From an uncultured Gemmatimonadaceae bacterium (GTDB taxonomy: Bacteria; Gemmatimonadota; Gemmatimonadetes; Gemmatimonadales; Gemmatimonadaceae): a stretch of DNA of 64,000 nt. The stretch spans positions 1 through 64,000 of the forward strand of contig CAVVTZ010000009.1 in NCBI GenBank assembly GCA_963751275.1, written 5' to 3'. Both the position numbers and the translations under genes were made by a program. Positions 1 through 8,883 of this stretch are shown here, piece after piece. The stretch's first letter is position 1. Every line of letters starts with the position of its first letter. The notes under the pieces are model-generated. The model did no database searches, was not told the origin of the DNA, and saw nothing but the letters and a program-made list of their open reading frames with translations.

Positions 1-88
1 GCTGACATGGTGATTGTGGAGTAAGTGTTCGGAATCGTCAAGCGATATTGTCCGAAGCGAAGCGGAGGAGGTTCGGCGGGGATTGGGG

Positions 89-126
89 GTGCAGGGGAAA
101 GGGGCGGCCAGCCCCTTTGCCCCTGC
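89..126. other. GC-rich hairpin in a putative mobile-element end region
   Basis: GCAGGGGAAAGGGGC-ggcca-GCCCCTTTGCCCCTGC imperfect inverted repeat, downstream of a frame ending ...ADMVIVE* at 22-24. Confidence 0.45.
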
Positions 127-569
127 TTCCTCTTTGTAGAAGAAGGGAATCATGGGCCGCTCCCACTCATAAGCGCTACCTTAAGCCCTTTGGGCTTGAA
201 TTGACCTGCCAACCTCCCGGAAGCCGGTTTTCTGGACAGTGGGTGTTTCGCTGATAATTCTGTTCTGGACGGATTGGTTACGAATTGGCCTGTTCCCTAC
301 ACCTATCGCGGGTTCGCCAGGAATCTCAACCGGCCAGACCATCCTGGAGTAGCTGTCGGCTTTCCAGGCTGCCCGCTTGTCACTCGCCCCTGTGGCAGCA
401 CTCACTGACAGCCCATCGCTAAAGTGTGAGCATTGGCGTTGGCTGGCTGGCAAGAGGGTTTCTTTTTCTTCCCGCTCATGCCGAGTCGAAGCCTCCTTCT
501 CCCAGGCATCTCAGTGCGCCCGTCGCTTTGGTGAATTTCATTCGAGCCACATGGCGAGGAGTCAAGCCG

Positions 570-1889
570 ATGCCCAGCAAACAGCAATTCTGCAATTCAC
601 TCTCCCATACAATTTCGCGTGCGGCCACGGCTGCGCTGGCGATAGCCATTGTGTTTGCACTGACGGTGATGTTGGCCCAATCGGCGCAGGCTCAGACCTT
701 CAAAGTGCTCTACAACTTCACCGGCGGGGCGGACGGGGCATCTCCGCAGGCCGGCTTGACGATGGATGCCGAAGGAAATCTCTATGGAACAACATTCGGC
801 GGCGGCTATAGCAACTGCCCCCAATACGTTGGCGAGCTCCCGGGTTGCGGCGTCGTCTTCAAGTTGTCGAAGCTGCCCTCGGGCTGGGATTTGACTCCGA
901 TTCACCGCTTTATGGGAATGAGGCAAAGCGACGGAGCCAATCCCCGTGTAGCACCACTGGTGTTCGGCCCGGACGGCAGCCTGTACGGCACGACGTACGG
1001 GGGAGGGATAGCCCCTCGCGCCTGCCTATGGGGCTGCGGCACAGTGTTTAAGTTGACCCCGAGCATTACCGGCGATTGGACAGAAACTCTGCTGTACAAC
1101 TTCCGGGGAGGGGCCGATGGCCGACATCCCGGTAGCGATGTCGTTTTCGACCAAGCGGGCAACCTGTACGCAATAACTTTTGGAGGAGGCGCCTATAACG
1201 GAGGTACAGTTTATGAACTATCCCCGTTGCGGGGAGGTTGGACAGAAAGCGTCGCCTACAGCTTCAGGGGAGGCTCTGACGGATTTGATCCCTCAGGTGG
1301 AGTAACTTTTGACCAGGGCGGCGACCTCTATGGGGTGACCTTTGAAGGCGGCGATCTCAGCTGCGATGGCCCTTATGGTTGTGGTACGGTTTTTCAGTTA
1401 ACACCCTCCGAATCGGGCTGGACAAAGAATATTCTCCATTCCTTTCACGGCGGCACGGATGGTTATGGGCCCGGCGGCGATCTGATCTTCGACCAATTGG
1501 GGAATATGTACGGGATCACTGATGTCGGAAAAGTCTTTATGCTGTCGCCATCGGGCAGCGGCTGGAGTTTCAGTGTGCTTTACAACCCCGGTATCGGATG
1601 TGGGGTTGCCGGGCAGGGCTTGACTATGGATGCTGGGGGAAATCTGTACGGGGCGACCTGGTGCGGCGGTGCCTATGACGCGGGCGCGGTTTTTACGCTG
1701 ACGCACGGTAGCGGCGGCTGGACGTATACGTCTCTGCATGATTTCACCTTTGGCAACGACGGGGCCCGACCGGTTAGTACCGTACGGTTCGACGCCAATG
1801 GCAATCTCTACGGCACTGCACAGGTTGGCGGTGATTTGTCGAAATGCAGCGGATATGGCTGTGGCGTGGTCTGGGAGATCACGCCGTAA
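570..1889 (+). CDS. Secreted GloVer-type (choice-of-anchor) tandem-repeat beta-propeller protein
   Basis: GAGGAG RBS before ATG 570; signal peptide ending AQA-QT; repeated (L/V)YNF.GG.DG..P...L..D..GNLYG.T..GG...G.VF.L.P units; C-terminal CGVVWEITP typical of Terriglobia. Confidence 0.9.
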   Translation: MPSKQQFCNSLSHTISRAATAALAIAIVFALTVMLAQSAQAQTFKVLYNFTGGADGASPQAGLTMDAEGNLYGTTFGGGYSNCPQYVGELPGCGVVFKLSKLPSGWDLTPIHRFMGMRQSDGANPRVAPLVFGPDGSLYGTTYGGGIAPRACLWGCGTVFKLTPSITGDWTETLLYNFRGGADGRHPGSDVVFDQAGNLYAITFGGGAYNGGTVYELSPLRGGWTESVAYSFRGGSDGFDPSGGVTFDQGGDLYGVTFEGGDLSCDGPYGCGTVFQLTPSESGWTKNILHSFHGGTDGYGPGGDLIFDQLGNMYGITDVGKVFMLSPSGSGWSFSVLYNPGIGCGVAGQGLTMDAGGNLYGATWCGGAYDAGAVFTLTHGSGGWTYTSLHDFTFGNDGARPVSTVRFDANGNLYGTAQVGGDLSKCSGYGCGVVWEITP

Positions 1890-1995
1890 CTAAATTCTGC
1901 GGTTCCACAGCAGCCGACATCCTGGGTTAGTGTCAGCGTTTTTCGGATAGGTGGTGAAAAATCGCCATCCCGCACTCAAAGATGTTGACTTTGGT

Positions 1996-2760
1996 TCATT
2001 CCTTCTTCTCGTCGCTCTCGTCTCGCGGCGGATTGCGTTTCTTGCGCATGGACTCTCCGCGCATCTCGATGCGGTGGGCATTGTGAACCAGGCGGTCGAG
2101 GATGCCGTCAGCGATGGTGGGATCGCCGATCTGCTCGTGCCAGCGTGAGACCGGCAACTGGGAAGTGAGAATGGTGGAACGAGTCTGGTAGCGATCCTCA
2201 CAGATCTCCCAGACTTCGCGGCGCTCGGTTTCATTCAGCGGCGCCATGGCCCAGTCGTCGATCACCAGAACATCGATGCGGCTCAGTCGTGCCAGGAAGT
2301 GGCGCAAGCTTCCGTCAGCTCGTGTCAGGGCCAGTTCGCGCAGCAAGGCGGCAGCCCGCAAATAGAGAGCCGAGTAGCCGTCGCGGCAGGCTTTCTGTGC
2401 CAGAGCCGACGCGATGAAGCTCTTGCCCACGCCGGTCGGACCCAACACGAAAACGTTTTCGTGGTTGCGGACCCAGGCCGAGTCTTTTGCCAGAGCACGC
2501 ATTACCGTCTTGTCCAGGCCACGAGCCGCACGATAGTCGATGTCCTCCACGCAGGCCGTTCCTCTCAACTTGGCCGCTTTCAGTCTGCGAGCGAGTGCCT
2601 GGTTCTCGCGCCAACTCCATTGTTGATCGACCAGCAGAGAGAGTCGTTCGAGGAAACTCAGTTCGTTGATCGCTCGATCTTGCTCCTGCGCCTTCAGACC
2701 CTCGACCATGCCTTGCAACCTCATGGCCACCAGTTTTTCCATCATCGGTTGGTTCAGCAT
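1996..2760 (-). CDS. istB: IS21 helper AAA+ ATPase IstB
   Basis: Walker A GPTGVGKS, Walker [37 protein letters not shown]. Confidence 0.97.
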   Translation of the reverse strand: MLNQPMMEKLVAMRLQGMVEGLKAQEQDRAINELSFLERLSLLVDQQWSWRENQALARRLKAAKLRGTACVEDIDYRAARGLDKTVMRALAKDSAWVRNHENVFVLGPTGVGKSFIASALAQKACRDGYSALYLRAAALLRELALTRADGSLRHFLARLSRIDVLVIDDWAMAPLNETERREVWEICEDRYQTRSTILTSQLPVSRWHEQIGDPTIADGILDRLVHNAHRIEMRGESMRKKRNPPRDESDEKKE

Positions 2761-4327
2761 GATGTCGGGCCTCCTTGGTCGAAGTACTCGGCGCCACGGA
2801 CATTGTCATGGGTCAGAGGTGGAGAGCCGGGTTGTGGTGGAGATAAGGGAACCACGTCGAGCGAGTTCTTCAAGATCGACTTCACGCTCTGATAGCGACA
2901 AGCCTGGGCGAGCAGGGCCCGTTCCGCCGCCGCCTCCACGCGCTGTGCCGAATACTGCTGCGCCAGGCGAATGATGCCGAGACAGGAGCGGTAGCCCATC
3001 TCCGGGTGCGGCTTCTCGTTCAGGATTCGCTCGAACAACTGGGACGTGTTGGGACCGATGCTGCGTGCCCAGTTCACCATCCGCGATGGCGGCCATTCCA
3101 GATGGGCCCGATGACTCTTGGGGCGGTGCTCGTTCTGGCTGATGGCTTGACCGCGCCTGCGACTGCGCAGGTGGGAAGCGATCCGGTTGCCCTTGTGGAA
3201 AATCTCCACCGTGGTCGGCGTAGAGCGGACTTCTACGACCTGTTGCACGAGAGTGTACGGCACACTGTAAAAGTTCCCATCGAAGGCGACGTGGTAATCG
3301 ATGTTGACCGTGGCACGCGACCACTGGCTCATATCAAAGCGCTCGGCTGGTAACGGTGCGAGAGCCGGTTTCTCCAAGCTGTGAAACAGGCTCGACCGCG
3401 ATCCGTCGCGCTTGCGAAAAGGACGCTCGTTCAATCGCACCAGCAGCTCGCGGATCGCCTGGTTGAGTTCCGGCAGGCTGAAGAACTTCCGGTTCCGCAG
3501 CGCCGCCACAATCCAGCGTTCGCATACTTGCACTCCGCTCTCGGCCTTGGCCTTATCCCTAGGCCGGTACGGACGTGCAGGCACGACTCCCATCCCGTAA
3601 TGCACCGCGAACTCTTGATAGGTGGGGTTCAGATCCGGATCGTAACGGCAGGCTCGGGTGACGGCTGTTTTCGTGTTATCGGGGACTGCCAAAGTTGGCA
3701 CTCCACCGAAGAACTCCAGCGCGTGGATGTGCGCCTGAATCCAGGCTTCCAACTGCTGATCCCGAGTCGCTTCTGCGTAGGTATAGGAACTGGCACCCAG
3801 CACAGAAACAAACAGCGATGCTGGCCAGGCTTGCCCCGTCGTGGCGTCATACACGGGAATCGTTGCCCCCGCCCAGTCCACGAACATCTTTTCCCCGGCT
3901 TTGTGTTCCTGGCGCAACACCACATCCAGGTGTCGCCGCCAGTGCTGATAGGGCTCGCAAAACCAACTGTAGCGATACCCTTCAGGATTCGCCTGCCCGG
4001 TATTCTTCCCAGACCAACTGCAAAGTCAGATGGCGATGCTGTTGCAGTTGCTGATGAATGGTATTCCAATCCGGTTGTGACCGCTGTTGCACCGCTCCGG
4101 TCTGCACGGGCTGGTTCCCAAACAGCTTGGCTTCCAGTTCTTCTTCGCCCAAGCCCTCCGGCAACGGCCAACCGATCCCGGCCGCCACCGCCCGTTCCAG
4201 ATACTCGTGAACCGTGCCCAGCCCCATTCCGCAACTGCGCGAGATCTGGCGCTGCCCCAACCCCAACTCGAACCTCAACCGCAGGACCTCTTTGATTTTC
4301 GCGCATGGACTTTCTCCTGGCCGGCAC
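2754..4327 (-). CDS. istA: IS21 DDE transposase IstA (two apparent +1 indels near 4302 and 3998)
   Basis: GTG start with [30 protein letters not shown]-terminus; [24 protein letters not shown]; reconstructed across three frames. Confidence 0.92.
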
Positions 4328-4410
4328 CCTGTCCTCCTTGCTTGATGGAGTTTCAATGCCGGGTGATTGTCCAGCGTCGCTGCACCTCCTGCTGTTTCGT
4401 CTGTGGAAAA

Positions 4411-4572
4411 CATTCCGCTCCAAGCCGAACGCCATTCCGCTAGGCGACAAGAACTGTTCGCCTTCCCACCGGAATCGGCGTTCACCTTCAGACCGGAATG
4501 CTGTTCGGAATCACAACGGAATCGTGTTCGGCTTCAGAGCGGAATCGCGTTCACCTTCGACCGGATTCCCCA
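4411..4572. repeat. IS21 left-end array: five ~23-bp direct units plus an inverted unit
   Basis: GTTCGCCTTCCCACCGGAAT / GTTCACCTTCAGACCGGAAT / GTTCGGAATCACAACGGAAT / GTTCGGCTTCAGAGCGGAAT / GTTCACCTTCGACCGGATT; inverted CATTCCGCTCCAAGCCGAAC. Confidence 0.85.
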
Positions 4573-4593
4573 AACTGTAGACGCCACTCACGC

Positions 4594-4645
4594 GGAGGGA
4601 TGTGTGAGCTGTGTGAGCGGGTTGAAACAGCCAGTCTTGAAAACC
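4594..4645 (+). pseudogene. Degenerate 5' half of tRNA-Ser(UGA), probable att-site remnant
   Basis: GGAGGGATGTGTGAGC(tgtgtgagc)GGGTTGAAACAG..GTCTTGAAAACC gives acceptor 5' strand, D arm and anticodon loop CTTGAAA; no T arm or 3' acceptor strand follows. Confidence 0.6.
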
Positions 4646-4769
4646 TGACCCGCCATTGTCCTGTTGCTAGGAATCAATAACTTACATCGGTGTTGGGTGC
4701 CGTTGTTCAGGTGAAATTGTGCTGTTCGGCACGCTTTTATGCACCCGCCCCTCGTCCACCGCCGTCGTC

Positions 4770-5206
4770 GACTGCCATTACGCAGGCTTGGGAGAGGCTT
4801 ATTGGATCGGTTTCCAGCAACCAATGAACCGGGGTAGGGATTGGTTGGATGGCGCCTCGCAGAACTGCGAAAAAGCTCTCGTCATCACCCACAACTTGCG
4901 GAGGGCCATACCTGCCTCGGCAATGTCTATTTCGGTACTGGCAAATACGAACAAGCCGTCATTCAATATCAGCAAGCACTGGATTTCGACCCCCAAAGCA
5001 ATGACGCCCTCAATGGTCTCGCGTCCTTCTACGGAAAGTTAGGGAATTTTGTGGCGGCAGAAGCGGCCTACAAGAAAACCATTTCTCTCCCCCCCGAGTA
5101 TTGGCGAGTGTGCAGCCGGCTCGGGGAATTTTATGCGAACCAAGCCCGCTACTCAGAAGCGGCTGCCATGTATCGCAGAGTCACCGAACTGGCTCCGGAC
5201 AACTAG
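4770..5206 (+). pseudogene. TPR-repeat gene fragment (kinase-TPR-like remnant)
   Basis: YAGLGEAYW...CEKAL / AEGHTCLGNVYFGTGKYEQAVIQYQQALDFDP...ALNGLA...TELAPDN split over two frames; no start. Confidence 0.7.
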
Positions 5207-5230
5207 AGAAGCGGCACGTCCAACCAGGCA

Positions 5231-6130
5231 CTAGGCCTTGCAGGCGACCATCAACCCGAGCACGACCGGCAGATATAGGACCGAGGCCAGAACCACGCGA
5301 CGGGCCAAGGCCCTGGAAGTCGAGTTCATAAGGTTGGTCACATGATAGAGCAGGTACGCGCCCGCCAACGACACCGCCAACAAGTAAACGGACCCACCGC
5401 GGCCCGCCGCGGGCAGCATCGTGGTTAAGACCAGAACCACAGTGAAACCGAAAATCTCCGCTCGCGTGAAGCGGGCATCCAGATCGAAGCGAGGCAACAT
5501 TCGGTACCCTGCCCGGGCGTAGTCCTCGCGGTACATCAGGGCAATGGCAAGGAAATGCGGGAACTGCCAAAGAAAGAGGATGGCAAAAAGGAACCAGGCA
5601 TTCCGGTTGATGCTCGCGCCGGCGCCCGCCCACCCGATCAAGGTGGGCATGGCGCCCGGGAAGGCGCCCAACAACGTGCATAGCGGGGTCTTCCGTTTTA
5701 GCGGAGTGTAGATCAAAAGATAGGACAACAAGGTTGACGTTGCGAGAAGCGCTGACAGCCGGTTCACCGCAACCGCAAGATACAGTCCTCCGGCGACGCT
5801 AAGGAGCATTCCAAACCAGAACGCCTCGCGGGCACTCAGACGCCCCGAGGGGAGCGGACGAGAAGCGGTGCGGCGCATCTGGCCATCCCAAACCCGCTCC
5901 AGCCACTGATTCAGAGTTGCCGTCCCGCTGGCAACCAGCAACGTGCCCAGCAGCGTGTTGAACAAGCCGCCGATTTGCAGCGGACCTTGAGAGGCCAAAT
6001 AATAGCCGGCTGAGGTTGACATCAAAATGAGCAGATTTACTTCTGGTTTGGTCAGCGTGCAGAGGTCTCGAAGCAGGGTGGTGCAACGGTGCATCGCGCG
6101 CGGCTCGGTGATCGGGTTGGCGTTCGACAT
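5231..6130 (-). CDS. cyoE: Protoheme IX farnesyltransferase (heme o synthase)
   Basis: LTKP, NQWLERVWDGQMRRTASRPLPSG, YTPLKRKT, GAFPGAMP, WQFPHFLAIA..YREDY. Confidence 0.95.
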   Translation of the reverse strand: MSNANPITEPRAMHRCTTLLRDLCTLTKPEVNLLILMSTSAGYYLASQGPLQIGGLFNTLLGTLLVASGTATLNQWLERVWDGQMRRTASRPLPSGRLSAREAFWFGMLLSVAGGLYLAVAVNRLSALLATSTLLSYLLIYTPLKRKTPLCTLLGAFPGAMPTLIGWAGAGASINRNAWFLFAILFLWQFPHFLAIALMYREDYARAGYRMLPRFDLDARFTRAEIFGFTVVLVLTTMLPAAGRGGSVYLLAVSLAGAYLLYHVTNLMNSTSRALARRVVLASVLYLPVVLGLMVACKA

Positions 6131-6206
6131 TTTCAGTTGCTACCGGGTGCGGTCAGATCCATGCGGGCAATCTCTGCTCGCCTCCCCTGATATTGGCGCA
6201 CCGTTG

Positions 6207-7067
6207 TCATCGCGAAGCTGGCGGCGCTTGAAACGACTGGATCGCAGTGGCCTCGTCGGGTTGTATGTCGAATATGGCGTGCAGCTTTGTCATCTGAAGC
6301 AGGTCCTGAACTCGCTTGCTGATCCGGACGAGTTTGAGTTGTCCGCCCTTGCTGCATACCGTGGTGTAGGTCTTCACCAATTCTCCCAGGCCGGAGCTAT
6401 CGACGTACCCGACCTCGTAGAGGTCGAGCAGGATTTTCCTGCCTCCCTTATCAATCAGTTCGCGCACGACCTCGCGCAGCATCACGGTCCCTTCGGCCGT
6501 TATCCTTCCACGGATGTCGACAATCGCAATGTCCGAAATATGGCGGGTTGCTGTCTGCATCTTAACGGGAATGTGTTCTTGAATCCCAATCCCCCGCCGA
6601 CTAAGGATTTCGTTGGCCGCCGCCGCAGTCTCGGGTGACTCGGTGCGAACAACCACCAGACTACGGCCCGCCGCCAACACTTCGCGAAAGAAGCTAACAT
6701 CTTCAGCACTCTCCTCCTCGGGAGTGGGTTGCGGACGGTACTCTTGCCGGCGCCACAGATTGTCCTAATGCCGACCCCGCGCCAGCACCGGCAAGGCCGA
6801 GCAGCGCAGCCGCGCCGAAACCCAGAGCAAACACCGGTCCGATTCCGGGAACAAGGAGCAGGGTGGCGCCGACCCCTGCCGACATGCCGGTCGCGAAGCC
6901 CAGAATCCACCGACCGTCGCGCCCAGTTCCTTGCCTATCGCCGTCGCTTCACTCTCCGATCGGCTCAGAAAAACGATTGCCTCCGGTGGGACTTTCCGGT
7001 CCAGCAGTTCTTGCACAGTTTCTTCCGCACGCTCGCGAGAAGAAAACACTCCGATGGCAGTCTCCAA
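6207..7067 (-). CDS. General-stress-protein-like membrane domain fused to a STAS anti-sigma-factor antagonist domain (compensating indels near 6900 and 6750)
   Basis: TTG after GGAGG; TAIGVFSSRERAE..V..L, Gly-rich hairpin LLVPGIGPVFALG, GRSLVVVR, then STAS with YVDSSGLGEL. Confidence 0.75.
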
Positions 7068-7194
7068 GCAATACCTCCAGCGATGAAGCATTCTCTAAAA
7101 ACTGAGGCAACCAACGACCCAGGTGTTTTGGCGAACCAAGGCACAGATTCATCAAAACCTTCCCGGCATGTTTCATGCACCCCCGGTGATCGCG

Positions 7195-7431
7195 CTACTG
7201 CTGGTAAAACCGATTACGCCGTTTGTAGGCCACTAGCGTGATTGCAATACACATGCACATGGGAGGAAGCATGAGAATGAGGATTCCACTGCGCAAAGCC
7301 TGGATGAAGCGCTGCGTGGACGCAGCGGCCTGGGTATAGCACAGCGCGCAGCTCTGGCCGAAAAGCGCCGGCGGAAGCGCGATGAGCATCAACCCCATCG
7401 CAAGGATGACGATCAGCCGTTTATGGCTCAT
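7195..7431 (-). CDS. Small exported/membrane protein with CxxC motif
   Basis: Signal peptide, QSCALCY, second hydrophobic helix; co-oriented upstream of the STAS gene and cyoE. Confidence 0.75.
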   Translation of the reverse strand: MSHKRLIVILAMGLMLIALPPALFGQSCALCYTQAAASTQRFIQALRSGILILMLPPMCMCIAITLVAYKRRNRFYQQ

Positions 7432-7751
7432 TGTGAAGCTCCCGAGTTAATGGCCGGTGGAGTAAGCCTTTCCATGCGATTGCTGTCGGTCCAGCTATAC
7501 TGCAGCGCGCCGGTGATATTGCTCGTTTGGCTCTCGCTGCTCCCGGCGGCGACTGAGGCGGGAGTGCGACATCGCCGGATCACGCGATCGCTGGCGGGGG
7601 CGTGCGCGCTGGCCATGGTCCTGCTCGGTGCGCGCGCCCTCTCGGCGCTCCACGACACGCGGGACCTGCACTATCGCATCTGGAAGGGGGGCGCGTGGCA
7701 CGAGTTGTCCGCCGGAGACGCTCCAACGGTCTCGCATTGCGAATTGGGACC

Positions 7752-8879
7752 GTGAGCGACGCCGAGGCGGCCGACGTGGGGCGCGCCGAGGCGCCGCTGC
7801 TCCGGCCCGTGATGCCGGAACTCGACACCATCCGGGGGATCGCGGTGACGATGGTGGTCGTGTACCACGCGTTCTGGACGTCGTACTGGGCGGTGGGGCT
7901 CCGCTGGGACCTGCACCCTCCGCTGGTGCATGCGCTGGTATACGGAGCGGAACCGGGGTGGTCGGGGGTGCATCTCTTCTTCGTGCTCTCGGGATTCCTG
8001 ATCACCGGGATCCTGCTGGATTCGAAGGCGCGCCCGGACTATTACCGGCGATTCTATTTCCGGCGGGCGCTGCGGATATTGCCGCCGTATCTGTTGCTTC
8101 TGGCGGTGTTGTTGGTGACGGGTCGCGCACCGCCCGCGTTCGTGCTGCTCGCCGCGGCGTTCGTCGCGAATTTCTCGACGCTCTTCGGGGTGGCGCTCGC
8201 CTTCGGACCGCTTTGGTCGCTGGCGGTGGAGGAGCAGTATTACCTGCTATGGCCGACGGTGGTGCGACACGTGTCGCGGCGGGCGCTCATGCTCCTCGCG
8301 GCGGCGTTGCTGGCGCTCGCGCCGTTGTTGCGATGGAGCGCCTTCCGCGACGGCGCCGGTTTCGCGTCGCAACTGGACTGGCACTTCACCTGGTTCGTGT
8401 ACGACAGTCTGGTGACCGGCTCGCTGACCGCCGCCTTACTGCGCACCACCGGCGCCACGCGCGCGGCGGTCACGAAGGTGGCGCTCGCGACGCTCGGCAT
8501 TGTGGCGCTCGTGACATTGGCCGGCCGCCCCTACGGCCTCCTCGATCGCACGCAGCTGCTGGGCGCGACGTTCGAGCATACCGTCATGAATCTCTTCTTC
8601 GCGAGCATGCTCGTGCTCTCGCTCGTTGTCGGCACCGGCAAGCGGCCCTGGTTGGTGCAGCGGCCCTGGCTGATCTTCCTCGGCTACATTAGCTACGGGC
8701 TCTACCTCTGCCATTGGCTGGTGTTCGCGCTCTACGACCGATTGGTCGGGAGCCCCCCCGTACTCGAGCTGGGCGCGATGCTCGTGCGTTTCGCGGTGGC
8801 GGGGAGCGGGTCGGTGCTCATCGCGTGGGTATCGAGGCGGTGGTACGAGGAGCGGTTCTTGAGGATGAAGAGGCGATAG
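7752..8879 (+). CDS. Acyltransferase family 3 (OafA-like O-acyltransferase)
   Basis: ELDTIRGIA, GVHLFFVLSGFLIT, RRALRILP, WSLAVEEQYY, GYISYGLYLCH; GTG overlaps the upstream TGA. Confidence 0.93.
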   Translation: MSDAEAADVGRAEAPLLRPVMPELDTIRGIAVTMVVVYHAFWTSYWAVGLRWDLHPPLVHALVYGAEPGWSGVHLFFVLSGFLITGILLDSKARPDYYRRFYFRRALRILPPYLLLLAVLLVTGRAPPAFVLLAAAFVANFSTLFGVALAFGPLWSLAVEEQYYLLWPTVVRHVSRRALMLLAAALLALAPLLRWSAFRDGAGFASQLDWHFTWFVYDSLVTGSLTAALLRTTGATRAAVTKVALATLGIVALVTLAGRPYGLLDRTQLLGATFEHTVMNLFFASMLVLSLVVGTGKRPWLVQRPWLIFLGYISYGLYLCHWLVFALYDRLVGSPPVLELGAMLVRFAVAGSGSVLIAWVSRRWYEERFLRMKRR

Positions 8880-8883
8880 CCGG

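Larger units (their letters stand above)
1996..4572 (-). mobile_element. IS21-family insertion sequence (right end not found)
   Basis: Overlapping istA-istB pair; left end reads TGGGGAATCCGGTCGAAGGTGAAC on the minus strand from 4572, followed by repeated transposase-binding units. Confidence 0.9.

Noticed and set aside
4456..4572. CRISPR or iteron array
   Set aside because: Contiguous ~23-bp units at the istA-proximal terminus match IS21 end architecture
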